Assembly: GCA_965214705.1 (NCBI GenBank)
Contig: CBDCCI010000002.1
Span: forward strand, 832,001 to 896,000
DNA length: 64,000 nt
Reading direction: 5' to 3'
Source of the DNA: Alphaproteobacteria bacterium
Lineage (GTDB): Bacteria > Pseudomonadota > Alphaproteobacteria > UBA828
Of the stretch, positions 34,504 through 46,859 are shown one piece after another (positions within the stretch are counted from its first letter, which is position 1; every line of letters starts with the position of its first letter). Below the pieces are notes generated by a model. That model was not told the origin of the DNA, did no database searches, and was given only the letters and a program-made list of their open reading frames with translations. A program made the translations under genes and the position numbers.

Positions 34504-36081
34504 ATGCTCCGTACCCGTCTCTGGCAAGTCGCTGTCGTCGCGGTGATCATCGCCGCGGCGATCGTCTTCGCCGTGCCCAACCTGTTCAGCCGCGTCTCGC
34601 TCGAGAGCTATCCCACGTGGCTGCCTTCGAGCCAGGTCAACCTCGGCCTCGATCTCCAGGGCGGCTCTCATCTTCTGCTCGAGGTGCAGGTCGCCGACAT
34701 CCTGCGCGAGCGGATCACGACATTGGTCGATGACACGCGCGTGGAACTCAGGCGCAACGGCATCAAGTACACCGGGCTGAAGGCGGCGCGGGACCGCGTC
34801 GTCTTCCAGCTCATCGATCCCGGCCAGATCGACGTAGCCGCCGAGGCGGTGGAAGATCTCGACCCCGAGGCCGAGATCGACAGCGACTCCGGCGGGGCCT
34901 TCCAGATCGTGCTCACCGAGGAGGCGGTGGAGGGCCGTCGCCTCGCCGCGGTGAACCAGTCGATCGAGATCATCCGCCGCCGCATCGACGAGACCGGCGT
35001 GCGGGAGCCCACCATTCAGCGCCAGGGCGAGGACCGCATCCTCGTCCAGCTGCCCGGCGTGGACGATCCCGAGCGCATCAAGCGCCTGCTGGGCCGGACG
35101 GCGAAGCTCACCTTCCACCTGCTGGACGAGAACGTGACCGCGCAGGACCGGCGCTCAGGCCGCGTGCCGCTAGGCTCGCTGCGGCTTCCCAGCGACGAGG
35201 TGGGCGAGGACGGCGAAGAGACATTTTACATCATCCGCAAGCGAGTCATGGTGAGCGGCGATTCGCTGGTCGATGCAGCGACCACGCGCGACCAGACCGG
35301 GCAGTGGGCGGTGAGCTTCCGCTTCGATTCCACCGGTGCGCGGAAGTTCGGCGACGTGACCACCGAGAATGTCGGAAGGCCCTTCGCCATCGTGCTGGAC
35401 GGCCGGGTCATCAGCGCGCCGGTGATCCGCGAACCCATCGTCGGCGGCAACGGGCAGATCACCGGCAACTTCACCGTGGAGGAGGCCAACGACCTCTCGC
35501 TCCTGCTGCGCGCGGGTGCGCTGCCCGCGCCGATGAAGATTCTGGAGGAGCGCACGGTCGGGCCCGATCTCGGCGCCGATTCCATCGAGGCCGGCAAGAT
35601 CGCCTGCATCATCGGGCTCGCGGCGGTGATCGTGTTCATGGTGCTCTACTACGGCCTGTTCGGTCTGGTCGCGGATCTCGCGCTGATCCTCAACCTGATC
35701 ATCATGCTGGGCGTGCTGTCGCTGCTGCAGGCGACGCTGACGCTGCCCGGCATCGCCGGCATCGTGCTCACCATCGGCATGGCGGTAGACGCCAACGTGC
35801 TGATCTTCGAGCGAATACGCGAGGAGGCGAAAGCGGGCCGGGCGCCGTTCTCGGCCATGGAGGCCGGCTATCGCCGTGCCTTCACCACCATTATCGACTC
35901 CAACCTGACGACGCTGATTGCCGCTATCATCCTCTTCATCATCGGCACCGGGCCGGTGAAGGGCTTCGCCGTCACGCTCGGAATCGGGATCGCCACTTCC
36001 ATGTTCACCGCCATGCTGGTGAGCCGGATCATCCTGGTCGCCTGGCTGCGCCAGCGCCGGCCCGCAGCGCTGCCGCTTTAG
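34504..36081 (+). CDS. secD: protein translocase subunit SecD
   Basis: LGLDLQGG, RRID..GV.EP, LRAGALPAP, GMAVDANVLIFERIREE. Confidence 0.96.
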   Translation: MLRTRLWQVAVVAVIIAAAIVFAVPNLFSRVSLESYPTWLPSSQVNLGLDLQGGSHLLLEVQVADILRERITTLVDDTRVELRRNGIKYTGLKAARDRVVFQLIDPGQIDVAAEAVEDLDPEAEIDSDSGGAFQIVLTEEAVEGRRLAAVNQSIEIIRRRIDETGVREPTIQRQGEDRILVQLPGVDDPERIKRLLGRTAKLTFHLLDENVTAQDRRSGRVPLGSLRLPSDEVGEDGEETFYIIRKRVMVSGDSLVDAATTRDQTGQWAVSFRFDSTGARKFGDVTTENVGRPFAIVLDGRVISAPVIREPIVGGNGQITGNFTVEEANDLSLLLRAGALPAPMKILEERTVGPDLGADSIEAGKIACIIGLAAVIVFMVLYYGLFGLVADLALILNLIIMLGVLSLLQATLTLPGIAGIVLTIGMAVDANVLIFERIREEAKAGRAPFSAMEAGYRRAFTTIIDSNLTTLIAAIILFIIGTGPVKGFAVTLGIGIATSMFTAMLVSRIILVAWLRQRRPAALPL

Positions 36082-36090
36082 GCCCTTATC

Positions 36091-37275
36091 ATGTGGCGTT
36101 TCCGGCTCATCCCCGACAACACGAAGGTGCCGTTCCTGCGGCTGCGCCGCACCTTCTTCATCGTCTCCATCGTGCTGGCGGTGCTGTCGGTCGCGGTCCT
36201 GCTGGGCCGCGGGCTCAACTTCGGGATCGACTTCGCCGGCGGCATCCTGATCGAGGTGGGCACCGAGCGGGAAGCCGATATCGGACAGATGCGGAGCGCG
36301 CTCACCGGCCTCGGCCTCGGCGAGATCGCGCTGCAGGAGTTCGGCTCGCCCAACGAAGTCCTGATCCGCATCGAACGCCAGCCGGGCGACGCGGGCGCTC
36401 AGCAGGTCGCCGTCACCGCCGTGCGCGAGGCCCTGAGCGCGAACTACAGCGATACGCTGAGCTACCGCCGGGTCGAGACCGTGGGGCCGAAGGTCGGCGG
36501 CGAACTGATCCAGGCCGGCATCATCGCGGTGGTGGTCTCGGTCTTCCTGATGCTGGTCTACATTTGGTTCCGGTTCGAGCTGCCCTTCGCCATCGGCGCG
36601 GTGATCGCGCTGCTTCACGACGTGCTGCTCTCGCTCGGAATCTTTGCGGCGCTCGGGCTGGAATTCAATTTGCCCATTGTCGCCGCGATTCTGCTCATCG
36701 TCGGCTATTCGATGAACGACACCGTGGTCGTGTACGACCGCGTGCGCGAGAATTTGCGCAAATACAAGACGTTGCCGCTGCTCGAGTTGCTCAACAAGAG
36801 CGTCAACGAGACCCTCGCGCGCACCGTCATCACCTCGGCGACGACAATGCTCGCCCTGCTTGCCCTGCTCATCTTCGGCGGTGCTGTCATCCGCGATTTC
36901 AGCTTCGCGATGATCTGGGGCGTGATCGTCGGCACCTACTCGTCGATCTTCATTGCAGGCGCGCTCTTGCTCTACGTGCAGCCGCAGCGGGGCGGCCAGA
37001 AGAAGACCGTGGGCCAGGCCGAGCGAACCGCCGCCCTCGACGAGGACCTGCCGCCTGCACGGTTTGCCGCCGAGCCCGAGCCCGCGGGCGCGCTGCCGGA
37101 GCCGGAAACGCCGGTGGCCAGCGTGGCCGACATCGCTCGGGCCGCCGACGCAGCCGAGGCGGCCCTCGCCCAGGAGGGCGAGGAGGAGCCCGAGCCCACC
37201 GGCTCGCGCAAGCAGCGCCGCGCGAGCTCGTCACGGGAGCGCAAGCGCCGGCGACGCAAGCGCGGCAAGCGCTAA
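36091..37275 (+). CDS. secF: protein translocase subunit SecF with long C-terminal extension
   Basis: GIDFAGG, VGP.VG.EL, LHD, GYSMNDTVVVYDRVRE, GTYSSIFIA. Confidence 0.96.
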   Translation: MWRFRLIPDNTKVPFLRLRRTFFIVSIVLAVLSVAVLLGRGLNFGIDFAGGILIEVGTEREADIGQMRSALTGLGLGEIALQEFGSPNEVLIRIERQPGDAGAQQVAVTAVREALSANYSDTLSYRRVETVGPKVGGELIQAGIIAVVVSVFLMLVYIWFRFELPFAIGAVIALLHDVLLSLGIFAALGLEFNLPIVAAILLIVGYSMNDTVVVYDRVRENLRKYKTLPLLELLNKSVNETLARTVITSATTMLALLALLIFGGAVIRDFSFAMIWGVIVGTYSSIFIAGALLLYVQPQRGGQKKTVGQAERTAALDEDLPPARFAAEPEPAGALPEPETPVASVADIARAADAAEAALAQEGEEEPEPTGSRKQRRASSSRERKRRRRKRGKR

Positions 37276-37284
37276 GAGCGCACC

Positions 37285-37668
37285 GTGGACATCACGCCGC
37301 TCGTCCCCGAAGGCCGGCAGATCGTCGAGAGCTACGGCAACGACGGCTTCAGGATTAGCGGCGAGCGTTATCCGGGCCCGGTCATCGTCTGGCCCGAGGG
37401 CGTGGTTCCCTGGCGGGTCTCGGGTATCGCGTCGGCCGCGATCGAGACGCTCGATGCCGTGTTCTCCGCCGAGCCCCCGGTCGAGATTCTGCTGATCGGC
37501 AGCGGTGCCGCGTTCGAGATGGCGCCGGCGCCGTTGCGCGCGGCGCTCGGCAAGCGCGGCCTCTCCGTCGAGAGCATGGACACCGGCGCCGCCTGCCGCA
37601 CCTACAACGTGCTGATGGCCGAGGACCGGCGCGTCGCCGCCGCCCTCATCCCCGCGCGAATGGACTGA
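37285..37668 (+). CDS. Mth938-like domain protein (NDUFAF3 homolog)
   Basis: YG..GF, ILLIG.G, E.MDTGAACRTYNVL..E.R.VAAAL. Confidence 0.92.
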   Translation: MDITPLVPEGRQIVESYGNDGFRISGERYPGPVIVWPEGVVPWRVSGIASAAIETLDAVFSAEPPVEILLIGSGAAFEMAPAPLRAALGKRGLSVESMDTGAACRTYNVLMAEDRRVAAALIPARMD

Positions 37669-37680
37669 CCGCCTCCTTTT

Positions 37681-38268
37681 TCAACTCAGCGGGATGTCGC
37701 TGTCGTCCTTCGACCCCTGGTACGCTGACGAGAGCTCGTTGTAGAGCGTGCGAAGGTGGGAGATTTGGTCCTTTAGGTCCCTGCTTTCGCTGCCGATCAG
37801 GTCGTCGACGGACCGGCATCGCCAGAACGCGTTCTCGCGGGCGTAGTCGCCGTTCTCGATGCGGAAGACCTCGCTCAGAATCCGCAGGTCATGGGGGATG
37901 TTGAAGGCGTCGCGGGTGTCCACGTAGCCGAAGAGGTAGTGGAAGTTGTCGAACCCGGCCCAGGTGATCGCGGACAGGCACAGCGAGCAGGGCTCGTGGG
38001 TCGAGAGGAACAGGCAATCCTCGGGCGCAGGGCGCTCGGCTGCGCCCAGCGCGAAGAACGCGTTGAGCGTCGAGATTTCGCCGTGGAACAGCGGGTTCTC
38101 GGTCTCGCGGTTGGTTGCGGCGATGACCAGCGACAGGTCCGACTTGCGGAGGATCGCGCCGCCGAACACCTTGTCGCCACGCGCAACGCCCGCCCGAGTC
38201 AGCGGAACGATGTCGTGCTCGATCACATCCAGGAAGCGGCTGGCCAGCGCGCGGTCCGAGTGGGTCAT
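37681..38268 (-). CDS. cytidine-deaminase-fold nucleoside/nucleobase deaminase (guanine deaminase-like)
   Basis: FGGAIL, HGE, THEPCSLC..AI.W Zn motif; ATG 38268 overlaps the upstream stop. Confidence 0.85.
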   Translation of the reverse strand: MTHSDRALASRFLDVIEHDIVPLTRAGVARGDKVFGGAILRKSDLSLVIAATNRETENPLFHGEISTLNAFFALGAAERPAPEDCLFLSTHEPCSLCLSAITWAGFDNFHYLFGYVDTRDAFNIPHDLRILSEVFRIENGDYARENAFWRCRSVDDLIGSESRDLKDQISHLRTLYNELSSAYQGSKDDSDIPLS

Positions 38269-39287
38269 AGTCCGGCATCCGCCGCCGCATAGCCCTCCAG
38301 CCGGCTGAGCAGGGCACGCTTCTCCTCCGGAGGCAGCCAGCTTGCCTCGAAGGCGTTGGCGGCGAGCCGTACCACCTGATCCCGGCTCAGATCGGCCTCC
38401 TCCTGGGTCGCGACCAGATTCTCGTGGATGTAGCCCAGGAAGTACGCGGGATCGTCGGAGTTGACGGTCGCGCGCATGCCCTTCTCCAGCATGCGCCGAA
38501 CCTCCAGCGCCTTGAGGCTGCCGGTAATGCACTTGTTGGAGATCGGGCAGACCGTGAGCGCCAGGCCCCTGCGCACGATCTCGTCGCAGAGCGCCTCGTC
38601 CTCCAGCGAGTTGACGCCGTGGTCGATTCTGTCGACCCCGATGTCGTCGAGGGTCTGCCAGAGATGCAGGGTCGAGTTCTCCTGATCCACGTCGCAGTGC
38701 ATAGTGAGCCGGTAGCCCTCGGCGCGCGCCCGGGCGAACACCTCCTTGAACTTCACCGGCGGATTGCCCTTCTCGTCGGAGTCGAGACCCACGCCGACGA
38801 TCCAGTCCCTGTACGGCAGGGATTGTTCCAGCGTCGCCATTGCGGATTCGGCACTCATGTCCCGCAGGAAACACATGATGAGCTGGGTGCGGATGCCGAG
38901 CCTGGCCTGCGCGTCCTCCAGCGCCCGGCGAATGCCGCGAATCACGGTGTCGTAGGCGATGCCGCGCGCGGTGTGAGCCTGGGGGTCGAAGAACATCTCG
39001 GCGTAGATCACGCCCTGGGAATGCGCCTTGGTCAGGTAGGCGGTGGCCAGATCGTAGAGGTCCTGCTCCGTCACCAGGACGCCCATGCCCTCGTAGTACA
39101 TCTTGAGGAACGACGGCAGGTCGTCGAAGTCGTAAGCGGCCCGCATCTCCTCGACCGACTCGTACGGCAGCTCGATGCCGTTGCGGCGGGCGAGGTCGAA
39201 CTTCAACTCCGGCTCGAGCGTCCCCTCCACGTGGACGTGCAACTCGGCCTTCGGCATGTCTTCGATGAAGCGTCTCATGTCCGTCAT
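38265..39287 (-). CDS. adenine/adenosine deaminase
   Basis: PKAELHVHVEGT, FFDPQAH, GLDSDE, RIDHG, TVCPISN, NSDDPAYF. Confidence 0.92.
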   Translation of the reverse strand: MTDMRRFIEDMPKAELHVHVEGTLEPELKFDLARRNGIELPYESVEEMRAAYDFDDLPSFLKMYYEGMGVLVTEQDLYDLATAYLTKAHSQGVIYAEMFFDPQAHTARGIAYDTVIRGIRRALEDAQARLGIRTQLIMCFLRDMSAESAMATLEQSLPYRDWIVGVGLDSDEKGNPPVKFKEVFARARAEGYRLTMHCDVDQENSTLHLWQTLDDIGVDRIDHGVNSLEDEALCDEIVRRGLALTVCPISNKCITGSLKALEVRRMLEKGMRATVNSDDPAYFLGYIHENLVATQEEADLSRDQVVRLAANAFEASWLPPEEKRALLSRLEGYAAADAGL

Positions 39288-39402
39288 GGCTTCAAGCCCG
39301 TGGTTCGGCGTGAATTAATCGCCTCTCGGATACGCCAGAAATCGACAGGTTGCCATAGCGATCTGCGCCCAGCCAGCGCGCCCAACGATGAACCGAGCCG
39401 CG

Positions 39403-39445
39403 AATTGCCGGCGACAATTGCAACCGCCCGTCAAGGCACTATGCT
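39403..39445 (+). promoter_or_regulatory. candidate sigma70 promoter with overlapping palindrome upstream of sORF-puuD
   Basis: TTGCAA(39418)-N16-TATGCT(39440); near-palindrome AATTGCCGGCGACAATT at 39403-39419. Confidence 0.4.
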
Positions 39446-39482
39446 AAGCGCTGGCGATTCGTGATTGCAGGGGGCACAAGAA

Positions 39483-39575
39483 ATGACCAACCCGCTGACA
39501 TCGCTTGGCAAAACCGTGATCATGGGGGTCATTATGACCGTGATCATCGTCGCCATCCTCTATGGCATAAGCTGA
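39483..39575 (+). CDS. 30-aa single-TM small protein, in frame with downstream puuD-like gene
   Basis: MTNPLTSLGKTVIMGVIMTVIIVAILYGIS*; AGGGGG upstream; below the ORF-track cutoff. Confidence 0.65.
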   Translation: MTNPLTSLGKTVIMGVIMTVIIVAILYGIS

Positions 39576-39590
39576 CGGGGAGGCGAGGCG

Positions 39591-40121
39591 ATGGACATTC
39601 CATTGGTCGACTACCATTGGTGGACATTCTTCTTCCGCTGGACCCACGTGCTCGCGGGCGTGATGTGGATCGGGCTGCTCTGGTACTTCAACTTCGTCCA
39701 GATCCCGAACATGCCGAAGATCCCGGACGACCAAAAACCCGCGATCGGCAAGGTGATCGCGCCGGCGGCGCTCTTCTGGTTCCGCTGGGCGGCGCTCGCC
39801 ACGGTGGCGACCGGCATCGTGCTCGCGCTGATGAACGAGTATTTCTCGGATGCTATCACCTTCGGCATTCTCGGCGCGGCCACCGACGGGCACGTGCTGA
39901 GACACACCGCCATCGGCATCGGGATGTGGCTCGGCATCATCATGATGCTGAACGTCTGGCTCATCATCTGGCCGAACCAGAAGCGGGCGCTCGGCATCGT
40001 GGAGGTCGAGGCCGATCGCAAGGCGCGATCGGCGCGCTACGCCATGCTGGCATCGCGCACCAACACGATGCTGTCGATCCCGATGCTCTACTCCATGGTT
40101 TCGGCGCAGAACGTCTACTGA
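39591..40121 (+). CDS. urate hydroxylase PuuD-family membrane domain (no cytochrome c domain)
   Basis: RWTHVLAGVMWIGLLWYFNFVQ, WFRWAA, NVWLIIWPNQKR, ASRTNT.LSIPML; no CxxCH. Confidence 0.82.
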   Translation: MDIPLVDYHWWTFFFRWTHVLAGVMWIGLLWYFNFVQIPNMPKIPDDQKPAIGKVIAPAALFWFRWAALATVATGIVLALMNEYFSDAITFGILGAATDGHVLRHTAIGIGMWLGIIMMLNVWLIIWPNQKRALGIVEVEADRKARSARYAMLASRTNTMLSIPMLYSMVSAQNVY

Positions 40122-40139
40122 CGCGATAGCGCATACGCA

Positions 40140-40175
40140 CCCGCCCGGCCGCCGCACCATTCGGCGTCGGGCGGG
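40140..40175. terminator. GC-rich hairpin between convergent puuD and hpnE
   Basis: CCCGCCCGG-C-CGCCG/CACCATT/CGGCG-TCGGGCGGG; weak U-tract. Confidence 0.45.
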
Positions 40176-40189
40176 GCAGTTTCCCCGGA

Positions 40190-41464
40190 TCAGGTAGCGG
40201 CGAGCGCCCGCAGGGCGTGCTGCGCCGCGGTGACGCCCGAGCGCACCGCCCCTTCGATGGTGGCGGGCAGCCCGGTCGCGGTCCAGTCCCCGGCGAGGAA
40301 GAGGTTGCGCAGGTGGGTCTCGGCCGGCGGGCGCAGCGGCAGGGCGGCCGGTATCTGGGCGAAGGTCGCGCGCTTCTCCTTCACGATGCGAACCGCCGGG
40401 GTGGCGGGCGGCCGATAGTCGAGCGCCTGCGAAACATCGTTCCAGAGCATCTCGGCGATCTCCGCCGCCGGGCGCTCGGCCAGCGCACCCGCCGCGCTCA
40501 CGGTGACCGACGCGATGTCGCCGCGGGCGAAGACCCACTGCGCCGTGCCACCCACCACGCCAAGGATCGCGCTGCCGCCCGGCATCGGCACCGGCCGGTC
40601 GAGCCGGAAGTGGGCGTTGACGATGGGCCGGGTCTCCAGCGGCGCCGGAACCTCGGGCAGGAGCTGGGTGCAGACCTGCGGCGTCACCGCGAGCACGGCG
40701 ACATCGCCCGGCGCGAACGCCGCCGCGTCGCCACCATTGCCGGCGAAGTCGAGGCCCGTGACCGCGCGCCCGTCGTGCCGGATGGCGCGGAGCCGGCGGT
40801 TGTAGTGCAGCAGGCCGCCGCCGCGTTCCACGTAGCGCATGCCCGGCTCCACCAGATTCGGGCCGAGGCCCTTGCGGGTGAGATAGGCGCGGCAGGCCGC
40901 CTCGCCCTGGCCGAAGGTGAGGCGCACCACCGGCCAGAGCAGGCGCGCGGCAGCCTCCTCCACCGAGGCATTCAGCACCGCCACGGTGAGCGGCTCCCAC
41001 AGCCGCTCCAGCAGCGGCCCCGTGCCCCGCAGCCGCTCGGCGGCGGTGTCGCCATCGCGCGCGCGGGCGAGCGCGAGGCCCGCCAGATAGTGGCGCGCGC
41101 GGCTGCCCGGCACGCGGCGCCCCGGCGCCATGATCCACCAGGGCACAGGCCCGGCATTGGGGCGCACGGTCCAGCGCTCGCCCGAGCGCAGGTCGACGAA
41201 GGGGAAGGCCGCGCGCTCATGGCCGATCAGGCCGTCCCGCGCGCCGATGGTCTCCAAATAGCCGAACACAGCGGGATTGGCGCCCAGGATCAGGTGGTTG
41301 CCATTGTCGATGGTCCGGTCCAGGGTGGCATCGTGGAACGAACGGCAGCGGCCGCCCGCGTGCGCCGCCGCCTCCCAAAGGACGACGCGCTGCCTCGCCT
41401 TCACCAGCTCCACGGCGCAGGAAAGACCCGCCATGCCGGCGCCGATCACGTGAACGGTCGCCAT
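40190..41464 (-). CDS. hpnE: hydroxysqualene dehydroxylase HpnE (FAD)
   Basis: VIGAGMAGL, GGRCRSF.D...IDNGNHL, NAHF, KEKRATF, AGDWTATGLPATIEGAVRSG. Confidence 0.88.
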   Translation of the reverse strand: MATVHVIGAGMAGLSCAVELVKARQRVVLWEAAAHAGGRCRSFHDATLDRTIDNGNHLILGANPAVFGYLETIGARDGLIGHERAAFPFVDLRSGERWTVRPNAGPVPWWIMAPGRRVPGSRARHYLAGLALARARDGDTAAERLRGTGPLLERLWEPLTVAVLNASVEEAAARLLWPVVRLTFGQGEAACRAYLTRKGLGPNLVEPGMRYVERGGGLLHYNRRLRAIRHDGRAVTGLDFAGNGGDAAAFAPGDVAVLAVTPQVCTQLLPEVPAPLETRPIVNAHFRLDRPVPMPGGSAILGVVGGTAQWVFARGDIASVTVSAAGALAERPAAEIAEMLWNDVSQALDYRPPATPAVRIVKEKRATFAQIPAALPLRPPAETHLRNLFLAGDWTATGLPATIEGAVRSGVTAAQHALRALAAT

Positions 41465-41558
41465 GCTCCCTCGCATTCCTCCCGCCGGAACCACACCAAG
41501 GGTGTATAGGGCAGGGCCGGCGCGAGGCAAACGCGCTGCGGGGCGGGGCGGGGCCTGA

Positions 41559-42404
41559 GTGGCGCCGTCGCTCTCCGCCGTCGGCGCACTCGCGCGTGCC
41601 GCCGACTACGACCGCTATCTCTCCGCCGTGTTCGCGCCGGCCGGCCGGCGCGAGGCACTGTTCGCGCTGATCGCCTTCAACCACGAGATCGCGCGCATTC
41701 CCGAGGCCGTGAGCGAGCCGATGCTGGGCCGCATCCGGCTGCAATGGTGGCGCGAGGTGCTCGACGCAGCCTATGCGAGCGAGCCCACCCGGCGCCATGA
41801 GGTGGCGCTACCGCTGGCGGACACGATTCGAGCGTGCGCGCTGGGCCGCGCCCCATTCGACGCGCTGCTGAAGGCGCGGGAGGCCGACCTCGAAGAAGGC
41901 GGCCCGGCCGATTTAGCGGCGCTGGAGCGCTATGCGGCGGGCACAGGAGGAGCGCTGACGGAACTCATGGTGGCGACTTCCGGCGCGGAGGGCCGCCCGG
42001 CGCTGGAGGCCGGGAGGCAGGTCGGCACGGCCTGGGCCTTGGTCGGTACGCTTCGGGCGGCGCCCCACGCGGCGGCGCAGGGCCGGGTCACGCTCCCGGC
42101 CGACCTTCTCACGCAAACGGGGATCACCGCCGACGATCTGCGGGCAGGCCGGGCGTTCGAGCGTTTCACTGCCGTCGCCGAACCGGTGGCAGGCCGCGCC
42201 GCCGAATTGCTCCAAGCCGCGCGGCAGGACCGGCGTGCGGTGCCCCGGCAGGCCCGCGGCGTGCTTCTGATCGCCCGCCTCGCCGATCTCTATCGTGCGC
42301 GCCTGCACCGCGCCGCTTGGGACCCCCGCGATCCACGTCTCGCCATCGGGCCGCTCCGCAAGCAGGCGGCGATGTTGGCGGGCGCAGTATTCGGCCGCTA
42401 CTGA
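41559..42404 (+). CDS. squalene/phytoene synthase-like protein (NDUFAF6 homolog)
   Basis: DYDRYL..FAP, AFNHEIARI.E.VSEPMLGRIRLQWW; lacks DDxxD. Confidence 0.85.
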   Translation: MAPSLSAVGALARAADYDRYLSAVFAPAGRREALFALIAFNHEIARIPEAVSEPMLGRIRLQWWREVLDAAYASEPTRRHEVALPLADTIRACALGRAPFDALLKAREADLEEGGPADLAALERYAAGTGGALTELMVATSGAEGRPALEAGRQVGTAWALVGTLRAAPHAAAQGRVTLPADLLTQTGITADDLRAGRAFERFTAVAEPVAGRAAELLQAARQDRRAVPRQARGVLLIARLADLYRARLHRAAWDPRDPRLAIGPLRKQAAMLAGAVFGRY

Positions 42405-42413
42405 CGCCTTTGC

Positions 42414-43769
42414 TCAGGCCGCCGCGGCGCGGCCCTCGCCCAGCCAGCGGCCGAAATCGGCCCGCGCGCGTTCCACCATCGCGGCTTTGCGCACGCGCTT
42501 GGGCACGCGGCCCGCGAGCGGCGGGAACAGGCCGAAGTTGACGTTCATCGGCTGGAAGGTCCCGCCTGCGCCCAGGTGCCCGCCGGTGATGTGGCTGAGC
42601 AGCGCACCGAACGCAGTGGTCGGCGGCGGGGGCGGCGCAGTGGCGCCCGCGACCTCCGCGGCAGCGAAGCGCCCGGCGAGCAGGCCGATCGCCGCGCTCT
42701 CGACATACCCCTCGACGCCGGTGATCTGGCCCGCGAAGCGCACGTGCGGCGCCCGGCGCAGGCGCAGCTCCGCATCCAGCTGGACCGGGCTGTTGATGAA
42801 GGTGTTGCGATGAATGCCGCCGAGCCTGGCGAAACTGGCCTGCTCCAGCCCCGGAATCAGGCGGAAGACCCGCTTCTGCGCGCCGTGCGTGAGCTTGGTC
42901 TGGAAGCCCACCATGTTGAAGAGGGTGCCGAGCGCGTTGTCCTGGCGCAGCTGCACCACCGCGTGGGGGCGGGCGCCGGTGGCGGGGTCGGTGAGGCCCA
43001 CGGGCTTCATCGGGCCGAAGCGGAGCGTGTCGCGCCCGCGCGAGGCCATCACCTCGATGGGCAGGCAGCCCTCGAAGTAGGGCGTGTCGCGCTCCCAGTC
43101 CCGGAAAGGGATCGTGTCGGCGGCGAGCAGCGCGTCGATGAAGGCCTCGTAGCGCTCGCGGTCCAGCGGGCAGTTGATGTAGGCCGCGCGGTCGCCGCCG
43201 GGCCCGGCCTTGTCGTAACGGGACTGGAACCAGGCCCGCTCGAAGTCGATGCTGTCGCGGTGTACGATGGGCGCGAGCGCGTCGAAGAAGGCTAGGTGCT
43301 CTTCGCCGGTGGCGTCCAGGATCGCCTGGCTTAGCCCCGGTGCGGTGAGGGGGCCGGTGGCGACGATGGCCGGGCCCTCCGCCGCATCCGGCAGGCCTCG
43401 GGCTTCCGCGCGGCACACCTGGATGGCGGGGTCGTCCTCGATCGCCTGCTGCACCGCGTCGGCGAAGCCCGTGCGGTCCACCGCCAGCGCCTGGCCGGCC
43501 GGCACCTTGTGGCGGTCGGCGGCGGCCATGATCAGCGAGTCCGCGCGCCGCATCTCCTCGTGCAGGAGGCCGACGACGTTGCGCTCGGCATCGTCGGAGC
43601 GGAAGGAGTTGGAGCAGACCAGCTCCGCGAGCCGGTCCGTGACGTGCGCCTCGGTGGCGCGCACCGGGCGCATCTCCCAGAGCTCGACCGCCCCGCCCCG
43701 GCGCGCGATCTGCCACGCCGCCTCGCAGCCGGCGAGGCCGCCGCCGACGATGCGGATTCGCTGATCCAC
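42414..43769 (-). CDS. trmFO: tRNA m5U54 methyltransferase TrmFO
   Basis: [54 protein letters not shown]. Confidence 0.96.
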   Translation of the reverse strand: MDQRIRIVGGGLAGCEAAWQIARRGGAVELWEMRPVRATEAHVTDRLAELVCSNSFRSDDAERNVVGLLHEEMRRADSLIMAAADRHKVPAGQALAVDRTGFADAVQQAIEDDPAIQVCRAEARGLPDAAEGPAIVATGPLTAPGLSQAILDATGEEHLAFFDALAPIVHRDSIDFERAWFQSRYDKAGPGGDRAAYINCPLDRERYEAFIDALLAADTIPFRDWERDTPYFEGCLPIEVMASRGRDTLRFGPMKPVGLTDPATGARPHAVVQLRQDNALGTLFNMVGFQTKLTHGAQKRVFRLIPGLEQASFARLGGIHRNTFINSPVQLDAELRLRRAPHVRFAGQITGVEGYVESAAIGLLAGRFAAAEVAGATAPPPPPTTAFGALLSHITGGHLGAGGTFQPMNVNFGLFPPLAGRVPKRVRKAAMVERARADFGRWLGEGRAAAA

Positions 43770-43799
43770 CCCTGCGTGCTCCGCGCTGCGCCGCCGGGC

Positions 43800-46691
<2,892 letters not shown>

Positions 46692-46859
46692 GGGCGCGGA
46701 CGAAACGGTTCGGGGATCGACTCTGGAATATAGGAGCTTCGCCCGGCGAAGGCGAGAGCCGCCGGTATGCGTAGCCGGCATACGGGGCCGGTTTGAGGCG
46801 GCTCTGGCTATAGGCTAAGAATCGCCAAGGTAGCCTGCGTGTACAGAGGAGGTTCAGTT

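Noticed and set aside
39573-39575. TGA as a selenocysteine codon
   Set aside because: No evident SECIS-like hairpin and no redox Cys context; an SD follows immediately
41559-42404. Calling this gene hpnC/hpnD/crtB
   Set aside because: Lacks DDxxD motifs; matches the NDUFAF6-like pattern
46705-46740. LexA box upstream of uvrA
   Set aside because: Only degenerate matches to GTTC-N7-GTTC
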